Part shown: positions 10,853 through 20,670 of the stretch, in pieces
Numbering within the stretch: position 1 is the stretch's first letter
How the letters are laid out: each line of letters begins with the position of its first letter
Virus record (IMG/VR): IMGVR_UViG_3300044858_003284
Origin: a virus
Length of the DNA: 64,000 nt
Strand: one strand, 5' to 3'
The notes under the pieces: model-generated
What the model was told of the DNA's origin: nothing
Database searches by the model: none
Seen by the model: the letters and a program-made list of their open reading frames with translations, nothing else
Program-made: the position numbers and the translations under genes

Positions 10853-11128
10853 ATGTTTTCATATATTGACACCATCCAGAATTTAACCGTTGCAGAAAAA
10901 CGCAATTTGGTCAAATCCATTAAGCTCATGATTAAAGAGCATATTGCTGCTAACCGTGATGCAAATTTCCAGCGTAAGCAGAATTCCGCTTTATTGCGTG
11001 CTCAGAAAAAAGCTGACCGCATCGCCGCTCTTGAAGCAAAGCTCGAAGCGCTTCGCAATCCAGTCGGTGCCAAAGCTATCAAGGCTAACAAAAAGCCTTC
11101 CAAAGTGGTAGTTACCAAAACGGCGTAA
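10853..11128 (+). CDS. Basic hypothetical early protein
   Basis: AAGG RBS; Lys/Arg-rich, with a coiled-coil segment. Confidence 0.7.
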   Translation: MFSYIDTIQNLTVAEKRNLVKSIKLMIKEHIAANRDANFQRKQNSALLRAQKKADRIAALEAKLEALRNPVGAKAIKANKKPSKVVVTKTA

Positions 11129-11552
11129 GCTGCTGTTTTTAGTGATTTTATAGTGGCGCTTCTCAGTAGGCGCCATTAGTAAGATTATTAGGATATTATG
11201 TTAGAGCAAATTAAATTATTACCACTTAACGATAAAAAAACACTATTGGCCATGCTTCAATCGGACATAGGGTTGACCGTCAAGGTGGATATAGTAGTAG
11301 AAAAACCAAGTATTTTTACATTGGAGTCCAGGCGCTGTAATGATATAGCCTTAGTAAAGCGCCATGGCCGCTCAGTAATTTACACGGAATTAAATGAGAT
11401 ACTCTGAAATGCTTAGGAGCTTTTCTCTAGGATACTCAGGAAGTGGTAGGAAATGTGCGGAGAATCGTGGAAACAAACTAAGAGCCGCAAAGAGCACCTA
11501 TATGGCGACTGGTATAGCGACTATATTACGGAAAGTAATAAAGAGGCCTCTA

Positions 11553-11613
11553 TGTTGTTTTTATACAACGGATGTTCGATTTTTATTGACATCCACCGCC
11601 ATTCTGGTATAAT
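11553..11613 (+). promoter_or_regulatory. Early promoter with TGTTG-N8-CAAC(G) operator
   Basis: Palindrome 11553-11570; TTGACA 11586-11591; TGg-TATAAT 11608-11613. Confidence 0.8.
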
Positions 11614-11643
11614 GGTATTTTGAATTGATTGGAAATTTTTATT

Positions 11644-12417
11644 ATGAAATTATTATCTACTGGTAATCCTAAGGTTTTGAAAGGATTGGCACAAGGTTAC
11701 AATACTTACATATTGCACCTTGCTCCCTCTACCTTATCTGGCCATAATACCTGTCCTAAGGCTACTGCAGGTTGCATTGCTTCTTGCCTTAATACGGCAG
11801 GTCGTGGTGGTATGTTTAAGCGTGGTGAGACCACTAATACTATTCAGCAGGCTCGTATCCGTAAAACCAAATTATTCTATGAGTTCCGTTCGGAGTTTAT
11901 GTCTATGTTGGTTGCTGATATTGAGCTCGGTATTAAACAATCGAAGCGGTTAGGTTTAATTCCCGTATTCAGATTAAATGGTACCTCGGATCTCTCATGG
12001 GAAAAATATGAGGTTGTGCGTAATGGTGAAGTTTTCACTAACATATTTGCAGCATTTCCTGATATCCAATTCTATGACTATACCAAGGTTATTGGTCGTA
12101 AGGTATCAGGTATCAAAAATTACCATTTAACCTTTTCTATGGCGGATGGTAATTATATGGATTGCAAGCGTGCCGTGGTTGAAGGTTTGAATATTGCTGT
12201 GGTATTCGGTATCAAGAAAGGTACTGCAATGCCTAAGAAATTCTTCAACCATAATCTATCCGTATTTAATGGTGATGATAGCGATTTACGCTTTCTTGAT
12301 CCAAAAGGTTGTGTGGTTGGTCTATATGCCAAAGGCAAGGCCAAAAAGGACACCAGCGGTTTCGTAAAATATCCTGTTGGTGATTATAAGTTTACTATGA
12401 AATTGGAGGCAGCATGA
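11644..12417 (+). CDS. Gp88-like protein with Cys triad (putative Fe-S protein)
   Basis: TCPKATAGCIASCL, FRLNGTSD, FYDYTK, LTFS, GDDSDLRFLD motifs typical of this phage family. Confidence 0.65.
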   Translation: MKLLSTGNPKVLKGLAQGYNTYILHLAPSTLSGHNTCPKATAGCIASCLNTAGRGGMFKRGETTNTIQQARIRKTKLFYEFRSEFMSMLVADIELGIKQSKRLGLIPVFRLNGTSDLSWEKYEVVRNGEVFTNIFAAFPDIQFYDYTKVIGRKVSGIKNYHLTFSMADGNYMDCKRAVVEGLNIAVVFGIKKGTAMPKKFFNHNLSVFNGDDSDLRFLDPKGCVVGLYAKGKAKKDTSGFVKYPVGDYKFTMKLEAA

Positions 12418-13304
12418 GCGGTATGAAAGCATTTCTGGATGAAGTCCAGGTATTATTGGAGTGTGGTTACAATGCCGACCAAATCTCCCAAGCATTAGGT
12501 TGTTCCTTGGAAATGGCAGAGCAGGCAGTAGAGTATTGGACGGACTTTGCGGAGTAATTATGTTATTATCGTATAAGTTGGATTTATATGTGTTTTTATT
12601 TGGTTTATTATTAATGGTGGTGGTACTATGAATGTGTATATTGTAAAATCTGGCCAGTTGGTTGATTTTGCTGGTTGGGAATGGTTGAACCTACGAGCTT
12701 TTGCTGACTATGACAAAGCCGTGGCATTTATGCAATTGGTTCAAAATCAGATACCACGAAAGAACCTTGGGAATACCGAGGATGTAGAAATTGAAGAATT
12801 AACGCTGGAGTAAAATTATGACTGAAAAACAATTGGTATTGGCAGCGATCCGTGAGTTCCACTTCAAAGGTCGTACCAATGAGCAGATAGCCAAGGTATT
12901 GCATATGCCATTGGATCAAGTAATTGAAGAGGTTAAATTTATTGTATTTTCACCTGGTTATATTGGGAGGTAATATGTTTGGTGGTAAATTGTTAGTAGG
13001 TACTCGTAAAATGATTCAAGGCACCCATCGGATGCATGCGTATCAGGATACATGGGAAGATTCTGTGGATATTCAATTCGATGGTGAATTGACACCAGCC
13101 GTATGCTTGGCCATCTGTGAGGCATGGAAGAATTCTGGTCGCCTTGGTGAGAACCAAAGTGGTTATGGCAAACTCCGATGGGGTAATGCTGATACCATAC
13201 TTGGTGTGGATGTGGCAAAGCGCCAATTACGCCTTGGTTGCTCGGTTAATCTGTGTGATTAATCCACAATAGTTGACCGATTTGGTCGACTATTATACAG
13301 GGTA

Positions 13305-13333
13305 TTGACATTTATACCAGTTTCCTGTATAAT
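13305..13333 (+). promoter_or_regulatory. Consensus sigma70 early promoter
   Basis: TTGACA, 17 nt spacer, TATAAT; preceded by palindrome 13269-13293. Confidence 0.8.
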
Positions 13334-13560
13334 GGTTTTTTAATGTGGAGAAATGTATGACATTTTATGTATGTGATGGTTTACTTTTTGATTCGTATCA
13401 AATGGCGGTGAATTATGCCAATGAGCAATTTCGTAAGTTTGATATTGCTTTGAATATTGAGCGGGTAATCAAGGTATGATGCTCGCAATCAATGTAGGTA
13501 TTTTGTTGTATATGGTAGCAGCAGGTTATTTAATTTATTATGTGATTAAGGAGTATTGAT

Positions 13561-14094
13561 ATGCCAAACTGGTGTAATAATAATATAGAATTGTCCCATC
13601 CTGATAAGGCGATGGTAGAGCGTGCCGCTAAAGCGTTTGCTGACGGTACATTATTGAATGAGTTTATTCCATTACCAAAAGAATTGGAAGACACCACGGC
13701 ACCTGCTCGGCAGTCCGATGAAGCCTTGGTCGCCAAATACGGCCATTCTGATTGGTATTCGTGGTGCATCGCTAATTGGGGTACCAAGTGGGATATCTCG
13801 CCATATGGTGTAGAAATCAATGAGTTTGGTACTTTGGTCGGTGCCTTTGATTCACCATGGGGTCCTCCAATCGAAGCATATTCAAAGCTTGAGGAGTTAG
13901 GTTTTGAGGTTCGTGCATATTACTGTGAACCAGGCATGGGTTTTGCTGGAATGTATGAAGGATTTGATGAGTGCTATGATTATTCTGGCATGAATGCTGA
14001 TGAAGCGGAAGAATACATTCCTGAGACCTTAAACGAAATGTATGGCATCACCGAATCAATGCGTGAATGGGAAGAGGAGAATTCTGATGAGTAA
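13561..14094 (+). CDS. DUF1281/YubB (Api92-like) ferredoxin-like domain protein
   Basis: MPNWCNN, WY.W...NWGTKWD, FDSPWGPP, YCEPGMGFAG motifs; AGGAG RBS. Confidence 0.8.
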   Translation: MPNWCNNNIELSHPDKAMVERAAKAFADGTLLNEFIPLPKELEDTTAPARQSDEALVAKYGHSDWYSWCIANWGTKWDISPYGVEINEFGTLVGAFDSPWGPPIEAYSKLEELGFEVRAYYCEPGMGFAGMYEGFDECYDYSGMNADEAEEYIPETLNEMYGITESMREWEEENSDE

Positions 14095-14582
14095 AGAATT
14101 TGAAAGCAAAGTCACTCTTGTGTTTGAAGGTAACAGTATTGAAGCCGATTCTAAAGAAGAATACCTTGAAAAGCTCAAGGAACTATTCTACGATGAATTT
14201 AACATTGAATTGAGAGATTCTGAAATTACTGAAATTATGGAGGTTGTATGAGTAGAAAATTTGAAATGATTGAGGTATTGATTGATAATGATATCGATAC
14301 CATTGTGGCCGATGCAGTTTGTAATGATATGTCATTATTGGCACAAATGCTACACTCTGGCTTCAAAGGTTATGAAAACTACACCGAAGAAGAATTGGTT
14401 CAAGAAATGAACGAGCGTGGCCTTTGGAATGAATGGTTTAAGGAAACTGTATGAGTAGATGGGAATTCACAATCAAAGAATTAAAGGCACTACAGCAGGA
14501 AACGCCAGATACACCATTAATCGTTGAGGCGTATGTAGAATGGGTTCTATTAAAAGGTTATTCCATCAAGAAAACCAAATAG

Positions 14583-14633
14583 TGTTGTATTTTTACGACA
14601 GGGGCTTGAAAATCCCTGTGGTAAGAGTATAAT
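14583..14633 (+). promoter_or_regulatory. Early promoter with TGTTG-N8-CGACA operator
   Basis: Palindrome 14583-14600; TTGAAA 14606-14611; TATAAT 14628-14633. Confidence 0.75.
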
Positions 14634-14644
14634 GGTACAATTAA

Positions 14645-15556
14645 TTGAGTGAAGGATATATTATGTTGAAATTTGAAGGTATTGCAAAAGTTGGTGATGT
14701 GATTCGTGCATACGATTTTGCACCATGTGCTGGTCGTGATGATGCATTTATTGAAGGTGTGGTAGAGCAGGCTAATTGTAATGAACCTGGTTTTAATTGC
14801 TATAAGGTTACGGTGACTGCTGACAAATTTGTTAAGTTTGAAACCAAACCTAATAAAAAGAATCGTGTTGGTAAAATTATGTTTGTGCCACACCAGACCA
14901 GTTTTATGGAATTTGATTTTCGTGTGATTAATTTGAGTAGAGGTTAATATGGATTTATACGAAGGCATTGATGCATATATTAAACACTTGGCGGATGATT
15001 ACGGCACCAACGTTTACAATAATAAGAAGTTTTATGCTGCTGTTGGTCGTAAGTATGTGCATATCATCATGGAAGATAACCAACGCAGTTCACATTCGTG
15101 GGTGATGTTGGCAGATGATAAGAAGTTTAAGCAAGGTGACATTCTTAAATCAGCATCATGGAATGCACCAGCAAGAAACTTTGCTCGTGGTAATGTATTG
15201 TGTGGTGGTTTTAAACATATTAGATGGTGTGGAGCGTAATTATGAAATTAAATTATAATGAAAAAGAAGCGGTGATGCAGGCAATATTTGGCAATCACAA
15301 ATCACCTGCTGGCTTTCGGTCAACCTACAAAGGTGTGCCAATTGGTAACTATGAAATGGTAAAACAATTTATTGATTTTACCAAATATTTTGTAATGTTC
15401 CGTGGTCCTCGTAGGCGTGGTGCCAGTTCCACTCGGAAATGTGATGCTCATTCATTTGATGTGTATCAGCGTGATATGACATCGGTTCGTGAGATTCGTA
15501 TTGAGCATGAAGCATTTCAGCGTGGCGTTAGGTGGGCTAATAATCGTAGCCATTAA
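14645..15556 (+). other. Three small early hypothetical ORFs (~14663-14947, 14949-15239, ~15242-15556)
   Basis: Contiguous ORFs. 14949 carries the GDILKSASWNAPARNFARGN motif seen in small aquatic phage proteins. Confidence 0.6.
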
Positions 15557-15752
15557 TTGGAAATCGCATAAGGTGTAACTAGTTTAAGCCGATATGCGTG
15601 GTGATGTGTGGGAAAATCACATTGCTTGGTCTTACTGGAGGAATATCCGTGGCAGACCTTAAAGAGCCAAAACAGCGGCTGATAGTTTGTTGGTTTCAAC
15701 TGAGATAATGTAAACCAAACCCTATTTTGTTATTTTATTGATTGGAGTTTGT

Positions 15753-16202
15753 ATGGGTACCAGAAGTTTAACATTCGTTTATAATGAATCGAAGAGCGGT
15801 GAGGCCGCAGAGCGTATTATCAATATGTACCGCCAATACGATGGTTATCCAACAGGCCATGGTGCCGAGTTGGCAGAGTTTCTATCGAGTGGCAGTATGA
15901 CCAATGGACTACGCCTTGGTACAAATGAAAGATTCTTCAACGGTATGGGTTGTTTGGCTGCACAGATGGTAGCAAACTTCAAAGATGGTGCAGGTCAATT
16001 CTATTTGCATCCTGTTGTTCAGCAATCATGTGGCCAAGATTATGAGTATCACATTTTCAATATTGATGGCGTGATGTTAATTGATGTATATTATTGTGGT
16101 TGCAATCTGTTTGGTATGAGCAGTGATTATGAGAGTGAAGTTATATTTTCAGGTTCATTACCTGAATTTGTGGAATTCTGTAAAGAAAAGGAAACAGCAT
16201 GA
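15753..16202 (+). CDS. Hypothetical protein
   Basis: GGAG RBS; MGTRS...MYRQYDGYP.GHG.EL..FL motif common in phage early genes. Confidence 0.7.
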   Translation: MGTRSLTFVYNESKSGEAAERIINMYRQYDGYPTGHGAELAEFLSSGSMTNGLRLGTNERFFNGMGCLAAQMVANFKDGAGQFYLHPVVQQSCGQDYEYHIFNIDGVMLIDVYYCGCNLFGMSSDYESEVIFSGSLPEFVEFCKEKETA

Positions 16203-17194
16203 AGAAGAAAACGATTCAAGAATTATTTCCTGGTATCATGGTACTAGATAAAGAGCCAGTTGAGGTGCAAAACCCTTTTAGTGGTGAAAGCACAGTTCTA
16301 ACACCTGATGAGGTTGCGGTTTATGATTACCTCAAAGGTTGTGAATTGATGGGTGATTACAAAGGCGTGCGTAAAGGCCTTGATTGGTTTCGTAGCAACA
16401 ATGCTTCGGCATATATGGTTTTGTTAGATTAACATTATGGAGTTATAATGAGTTTCGAATATCAAGTATACATGGTTGAAACAGTTGAAGGTAACCAATA
16501 TCACATTGGCGCTGAAGATTTGGAAGATTGTAAGCAACAATTTTTTAAATATCATGGTGATGAAAATATTTACATCATCTATCAAAATGTATATGAAGCT
16601 TTGGCTCAGGAGGAAGAATGAGAAAAGTTAGTCCCGCCTTTGGTACGAAAGGCTTTATAATTCGTGTTGGTGATTGCCATATGTTTCGTGTATATGATGA
16701 AAACCACGAATTCATAGACTATGATATTACTCACCATGATTTGCAAGTTCAAATAATTGAAGAAGATTCATGTTTTTATTCTAGTGAATTTGGCAATTAT
16801 TTGGATTATAAACCAATTGATGAAAGTAAATAATGCCAGTAAGATATAGTACCAATTGGATGGGCGTGGCCAATCTACAATGGTATAGAGACCGTGGACT
16901 CACCGAAAGAGTGAGCAGAACATTAACCGAAGATTCGGAATTAACTAACCGAAAAGCTGGTGATGTATTTGAATATGATAATATTACACAAGAATATTCC
17001 TGTGGCCGTATTGACTGCCGTGGTGAAGATTTAGGTCCGTTTGGTGATGAAATTGGTGTACCGCCAATGAAGGCAGAAGATTGGCACCGATTTGGTAAAT
17101 GGTTGAGTACCTTTGAAACTGATTTTATGTGGTCATTGGAAGAATTGGTTGAATTGTATGAAAGAAATAATCCTAAAATTGAATGGTGGGTAGA

Positions 17195-17599
17195 ATGAGT
17201 ATCTCAGCATATAAAGAAGTTACCGAATGGAATGAATCGGAGTTTATTGTGCCGAATCATACTTATCTTTTTGATGGTAAGTCCAACATATTGGCCTATG
17301 CTCGTGAGAGTGATGGCGAGGTAATGGTATTCAAGAAACCATTACCAATGGATACTCGTAGGCGTAAGTTCATCAAGGTCAAACATAAAGAATTGGACGC
17401 TATAGGTGCAACGGTGGTGGTTCAGCAACCAGAGGCTCTGAATGTGCCTCATTGGCAGGTTAAGAGTGATTCTGGCAAGACCTATACAGTCACCTTAGAA
17501 TCTGGTAAGTACCAATGTAATTGTGTTGGGTATTCTTATCGTGGTAAATGTAAGCATTCCGAAAGTGTTGCTAAAAAACAACAGTCGATTGACATTTGA
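17195..17599 (+). CDS. SWIM zinc-finger protein
   Basis: YTVT...CNCVGY.YRGKCKH (CxC...CxH). Confidence 0.75.
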   Translation: MSISAYKEVTEWNESEFIVPNHTYLFDGKSNILAYARESDGEVMVFKKPLPMDTRRRKFIKVKHKELDAIGATVVVQQPEALNVPHWQVKSDSGKTYTVTLESGKYQCNCVGYSYRGKCKHSESVAKKQQSIDI

Positions 17600-17616
17600 T
17601 GTGGTTTTGTTATAAT
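17566..17616 (+). promoter_or_regulatory. Early promoter with TGTTG-N8-CAACA operator, driving tRNA-Tyr and MoxR
   Basis: Palindrome 17566-17583; TTGACA 17589-17594; TATAAT 17611-17616. Confidence 0.82.
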
Positions 17617-17629
17617 GGTAGATTAAATT

Positions 17630-17715
17630 GGGTAAGCCGTAGAGTTGGAGAGCTACAGCGGACTGTAAATCCGTTGCCTCAGGCTGAGTTGGTTCGAATC
17701 CATCCTTACCCACCA
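17630..17715 (+). tRNA. tRNA-Tyr (GTA)
   Basis: Acceptor GGGTAAG/CTTACCC followed by ACCA; D stem GTAG/CTAC; anticodon arm GCGGA-CTGTAAA-TCCGT; long variable arm; TTCGAAT T-loop. Confidence 0.93.
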
Positions 17716-17744
17716 GTATTTTATTATGTTTAATTGGAGAATGT

Positions 17745-18893
17745 ATGAATAAAAATGCAAAAGCTTTTGTAACAGCAGCAGAATCGATTTTTGGTGTTGA
17801 ACCAATTATCAATCGTGATGACATTACAAGAGTATGTAATGAATCAGGTGCACCATATCCGTATTGGTTGGTGACCAAGGCACAATATCGCCATGACCGA
17901 GGCCAATACAAAGTACCTGCATCAGGTGAAGCTGTTGTAAAACAAACACAGCAAGAACCTGAAGCCGAAATGGCTTATGCACAAGTTTTAGAGTTCCGCC
18001 AACCAAAACTGGTTGATGAGAATGAACCATCGGTGCCACAAAAATGGCCTGACTATGTGCCATTTGGTTTCTATAAAGATTTACGAAACATTGTATCAAG
18101 CAAAGCATTCTATCCAATTTTCGTTACTGGTTTATCTGGCAACGGCAAGACCTTGATGGTTGAGCAAGTGTGTGCCGAATTACAGCGTGAATGTATTCGT
18201 GTAAACATTTCAGTAGAAACAGATGAAACTGATTTGCTTGGTGGTCCTACATTGGTCAATGGTAATGTGGTCAATCGTGATGGTCCTGTTATCACCGCTA
18301 TGAAGCGTGGCGCAGTATTGTTGATTGACGAAGTTGACCGTGGTTCAAACAAACTAATGTGCTTGCAAGGCATTATGGAAGGCAAACCACATTACAATAA
18401 AAAATCAGGTGAGATGGTGTATCCAAAATCTGGATTTACTATCATCGCTACTGCCAATACCAAAGGTCGTGGTTCAGATGAAGGCAAGTATCTATCACAA
18501 ATTCTTGATGATGCTTTCTTAGAACGATTCCCTATTACGGTAGAACAGGAATATCCTGATGCCAAAACTGAGAAGAAAATTCTATCACCATTGATTGATG
18601 ATAAAGAATTTGTGGATCATTTGGTACAATGGGCGGATGTGGTACGCAAATCGTATGACGAAGGTGCTACTGATGAGATTATTTCCACTCGCCGATTGGT
18701 ACATATTGCAAAAGCTTTTACCATTTTCAAAGACCGCATGAAAGCCATTACCTTGTGTGTGAATCGCTTTGATGAAGAAACGAAAATGGCATTTCTAGAT
18801 TTGTATTCGAAGGTTGATAGTTCGGTAGAATCGCCTGCCAATACAAGTACCATTTCTACCACATCTGAGGTTGCCAACCAACCACAGGTATGA
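17745..18893 (+). CDS. MoxR/CobS-like AAA+ ATPase
   Basis: Walker A GLSGNGKT, Walker B LLIDEVD, ATANTKG, AFLERF. Confidence 0.92.
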   Translation: MNKNAKAFVTAAESIFGVEPIINRDDITRVCNESGAPYPYWLVTKAQYRHDRGQYKVPASGEAVVKQTQQEPEAEMAYAQVLEFRQPKLVDENEPSVPQKWPDYVPFGFYKDLRNIVSSKAFYPIFVTGLSGNGKTLMVEQVCAELQRECIRVNISVETDETDLLGGPTLVNGNVVNRDGPVITAMKRGAVLLIDEVDRGSNKLMCLQGIMEGKPHYNKKSGEMVYPKSGFTIIATANTKGRGSDEGKYLSQILDDAFLERFPITVEQEYPDAKTEKKILSPLIDDKEFVDHLVQWADVVRKSYDEGATDEIISTRRLVHIAKAFTIFKDRMKAITLCVNRFDEETKMAFLDLYSKVDSSVESPANTSTISTTSEVANQPQV

Positions 18894-18993
18894 TAAAATG
18901 GTGTTGATTGTATCGTATTGTTCACATGAACCTAGGTTATTGTGTATAATATGATACATTATTTTATTATGTTTAATTTGAAGGAGTATCACA

Positions 18994-19320
18994 ATGGCAT
19001 TAACAGTTCGCAAAGGTAAGGTAAACCGTCATGAGAAAATTACCCAAGTATTATTGTCTGGCAAACCTGTAAGTCCTGCTGAAATCGAGGCAGTATTCAA
19101 AGGCACCACGCAAGAAAAAGTATTGTATCGCCTCTCTACCAACATCTATAACATTCGTAAAGATGGTGGTATTGTTAAGGTAATCAAAGATGGCCGTAAA
19201 GTAAAGGCATATCAATTGGTTAACTTTGATCAGTTCGATGCAAATGGTCGTTTCAAAGGTGCTGTTGCTAAGGCACAACCTAAAGTAGCTGCGGTTCAAT
19301 CAGAATCAGTTGCTGCTTAA
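18994..19320 (+). CDS. Putative winged-helix DNA-binding protein
   Basis: HEKITQVLLSGKPVSPAEIEAVF...RLSTNIYNIRKDG.IV....G...AYQL resembles a wHTH; AGGAG RBS. Confidence 0.55.
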   Translation: MALTVRKGKVNRHEKITQVLLSGKPVSPAEIEAVFKGTTQEKVLYRLSTNIYNIRKDGGIVKVIKDGRKVKAYQLVNFDQFDANGRFKGAVAKAQPKVAAVQSESVAA

Positions 19321-20033
19321 TATCTCTGCCATCATATAGTTTTTTAGACTCGTTGTGAAACGCTCGGGCTATATGATTGGCACCCTTTTATATTATGGAG
19401 AATACTATGACACTTGATAAAGAAGAAATGTTTGAGTATCTTGATGTGTTGCGTGAAACTGGCGTAACCAATATGTTTGGTGCTGCACCATACTTACAAC
19501 AAGCTTTTGGTATCAATAAGAATGAAGCAAAAACAATTTTACTTGATTGGATGAAAAACTATGCCGTCAGATAGGTTTGATTTTGAACAACAAATACTAA
19601 AATGTTGGAATGTCATTGAAGATTTGAAAGAAATCAATGAAGAATTGAATTCTGAACAAATTGGGGCCATTACAATATTGTATGAAATCAAATTTCAAAA
19701 GCTTTGGGAACAATTTGAAAATGTGATGATGCATCTTGTTCGTGAAAACAAAATGTTAAACGAAGAATGTGCCGCAATGCGTGGCCAATTGGCAAAAAAA
19801 GAAAAAGGTAAGAAATGAAATATATTGCAAAACCAAATTTATGTAATAATGTAGGTAAAAAAGAGTTCAACAATCCTGTTGATGCTTTGACCTATTTAAA
19901 CGGCGTCCTTGCGCCTAAGGACGGTGACCATCAGGACTATGTGTTCGTGGCACCATCGACCTCCAAGCGCAACCTAAAGAAGTCCATTGAAGAATATGTG
20001 GGTATTGGTAAGTTGGAGTTGGTACCAGAATAG

Positions 20034-20084
20034 TGTTGTGTCCATACAACAGTCGCTTGTGTTATTCTGTGGTTGTGATATAAT
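20034..20084 (+). promoter_or_regulatory. Promoter with TGTTG-N8-CAACA operator
   Basis: Palindrome 20034-20051; weak -35 TTGTGT 20057-20062; TGa-TATAAT 20079-20084. Confidence 0.72.
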
Positions 20085-20419
20085 GGTACCTATAAAGTGA
20101 GAGAGGAATTATATGATTAACTTTGTATTAGGTTGTATTTTGGGCTTTGTTGTTGCTACTGTAGGCTTTACAGGTATTGCTCAGGCATTAGATACTGGCA
20201 TCGATAAAGTAAAATCAATCAATGTTGAGGTGGCCAAATGAAGTATAAACGATATCCATCACAAACACCATTGAATGTAAACAATTTAAAAACTGTGGTG
20301 GTTGCCATGCACTTAAATTATTTACATACTATTCAATTGGACATGATTGATGAAGCTGTTGAGAAGTCCGATTTGAGTGAAGCGAAAGATGTTATTAGTT
20401 ATATTATGGAGAAATCTAA

Positions 20420-20656
20420 ATGAAAAAAGTTGTATTGGTAGTTATTGCTAGTGTTGGTATTGTTGGTTGTTCTTCAACACCATCATACAAACTAAAAGGT
20501 TATTCTGGTCCAGAAGCCATGGAACGCAACGAGGTTGTGCAGGCATCTAAACAATGTATCTACGCTAAACTGCGTCCTAATGTCGAATTCGTGACCGCCA
20601 AAACTAACAGCGGTAAAGTTATGGTGCCAGTTAATGTTCATTGTCAGCCTTACTAA
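20420..20656 (+). CDS. Putative lipoprotein
   Basis: MKK, hydrophobic stretch, IVGC lipobox. Confidence 0.65.
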   Translation: MKKVVLVVIASVGIVGCSSTPSYKLKGYSGPEAMERNEVVQASKQCIYAKLRPNVEFVTAKTNSGKVMVPVNVHCQPY

Positions 20657-20670
20657 TTGATTGATATATT

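Noticed and set aside
17495-17911. 138-aa minus-strand ORF
   Set aside because: It is antisense to tRNA-Tyr, its promoter and the MoxR gene.
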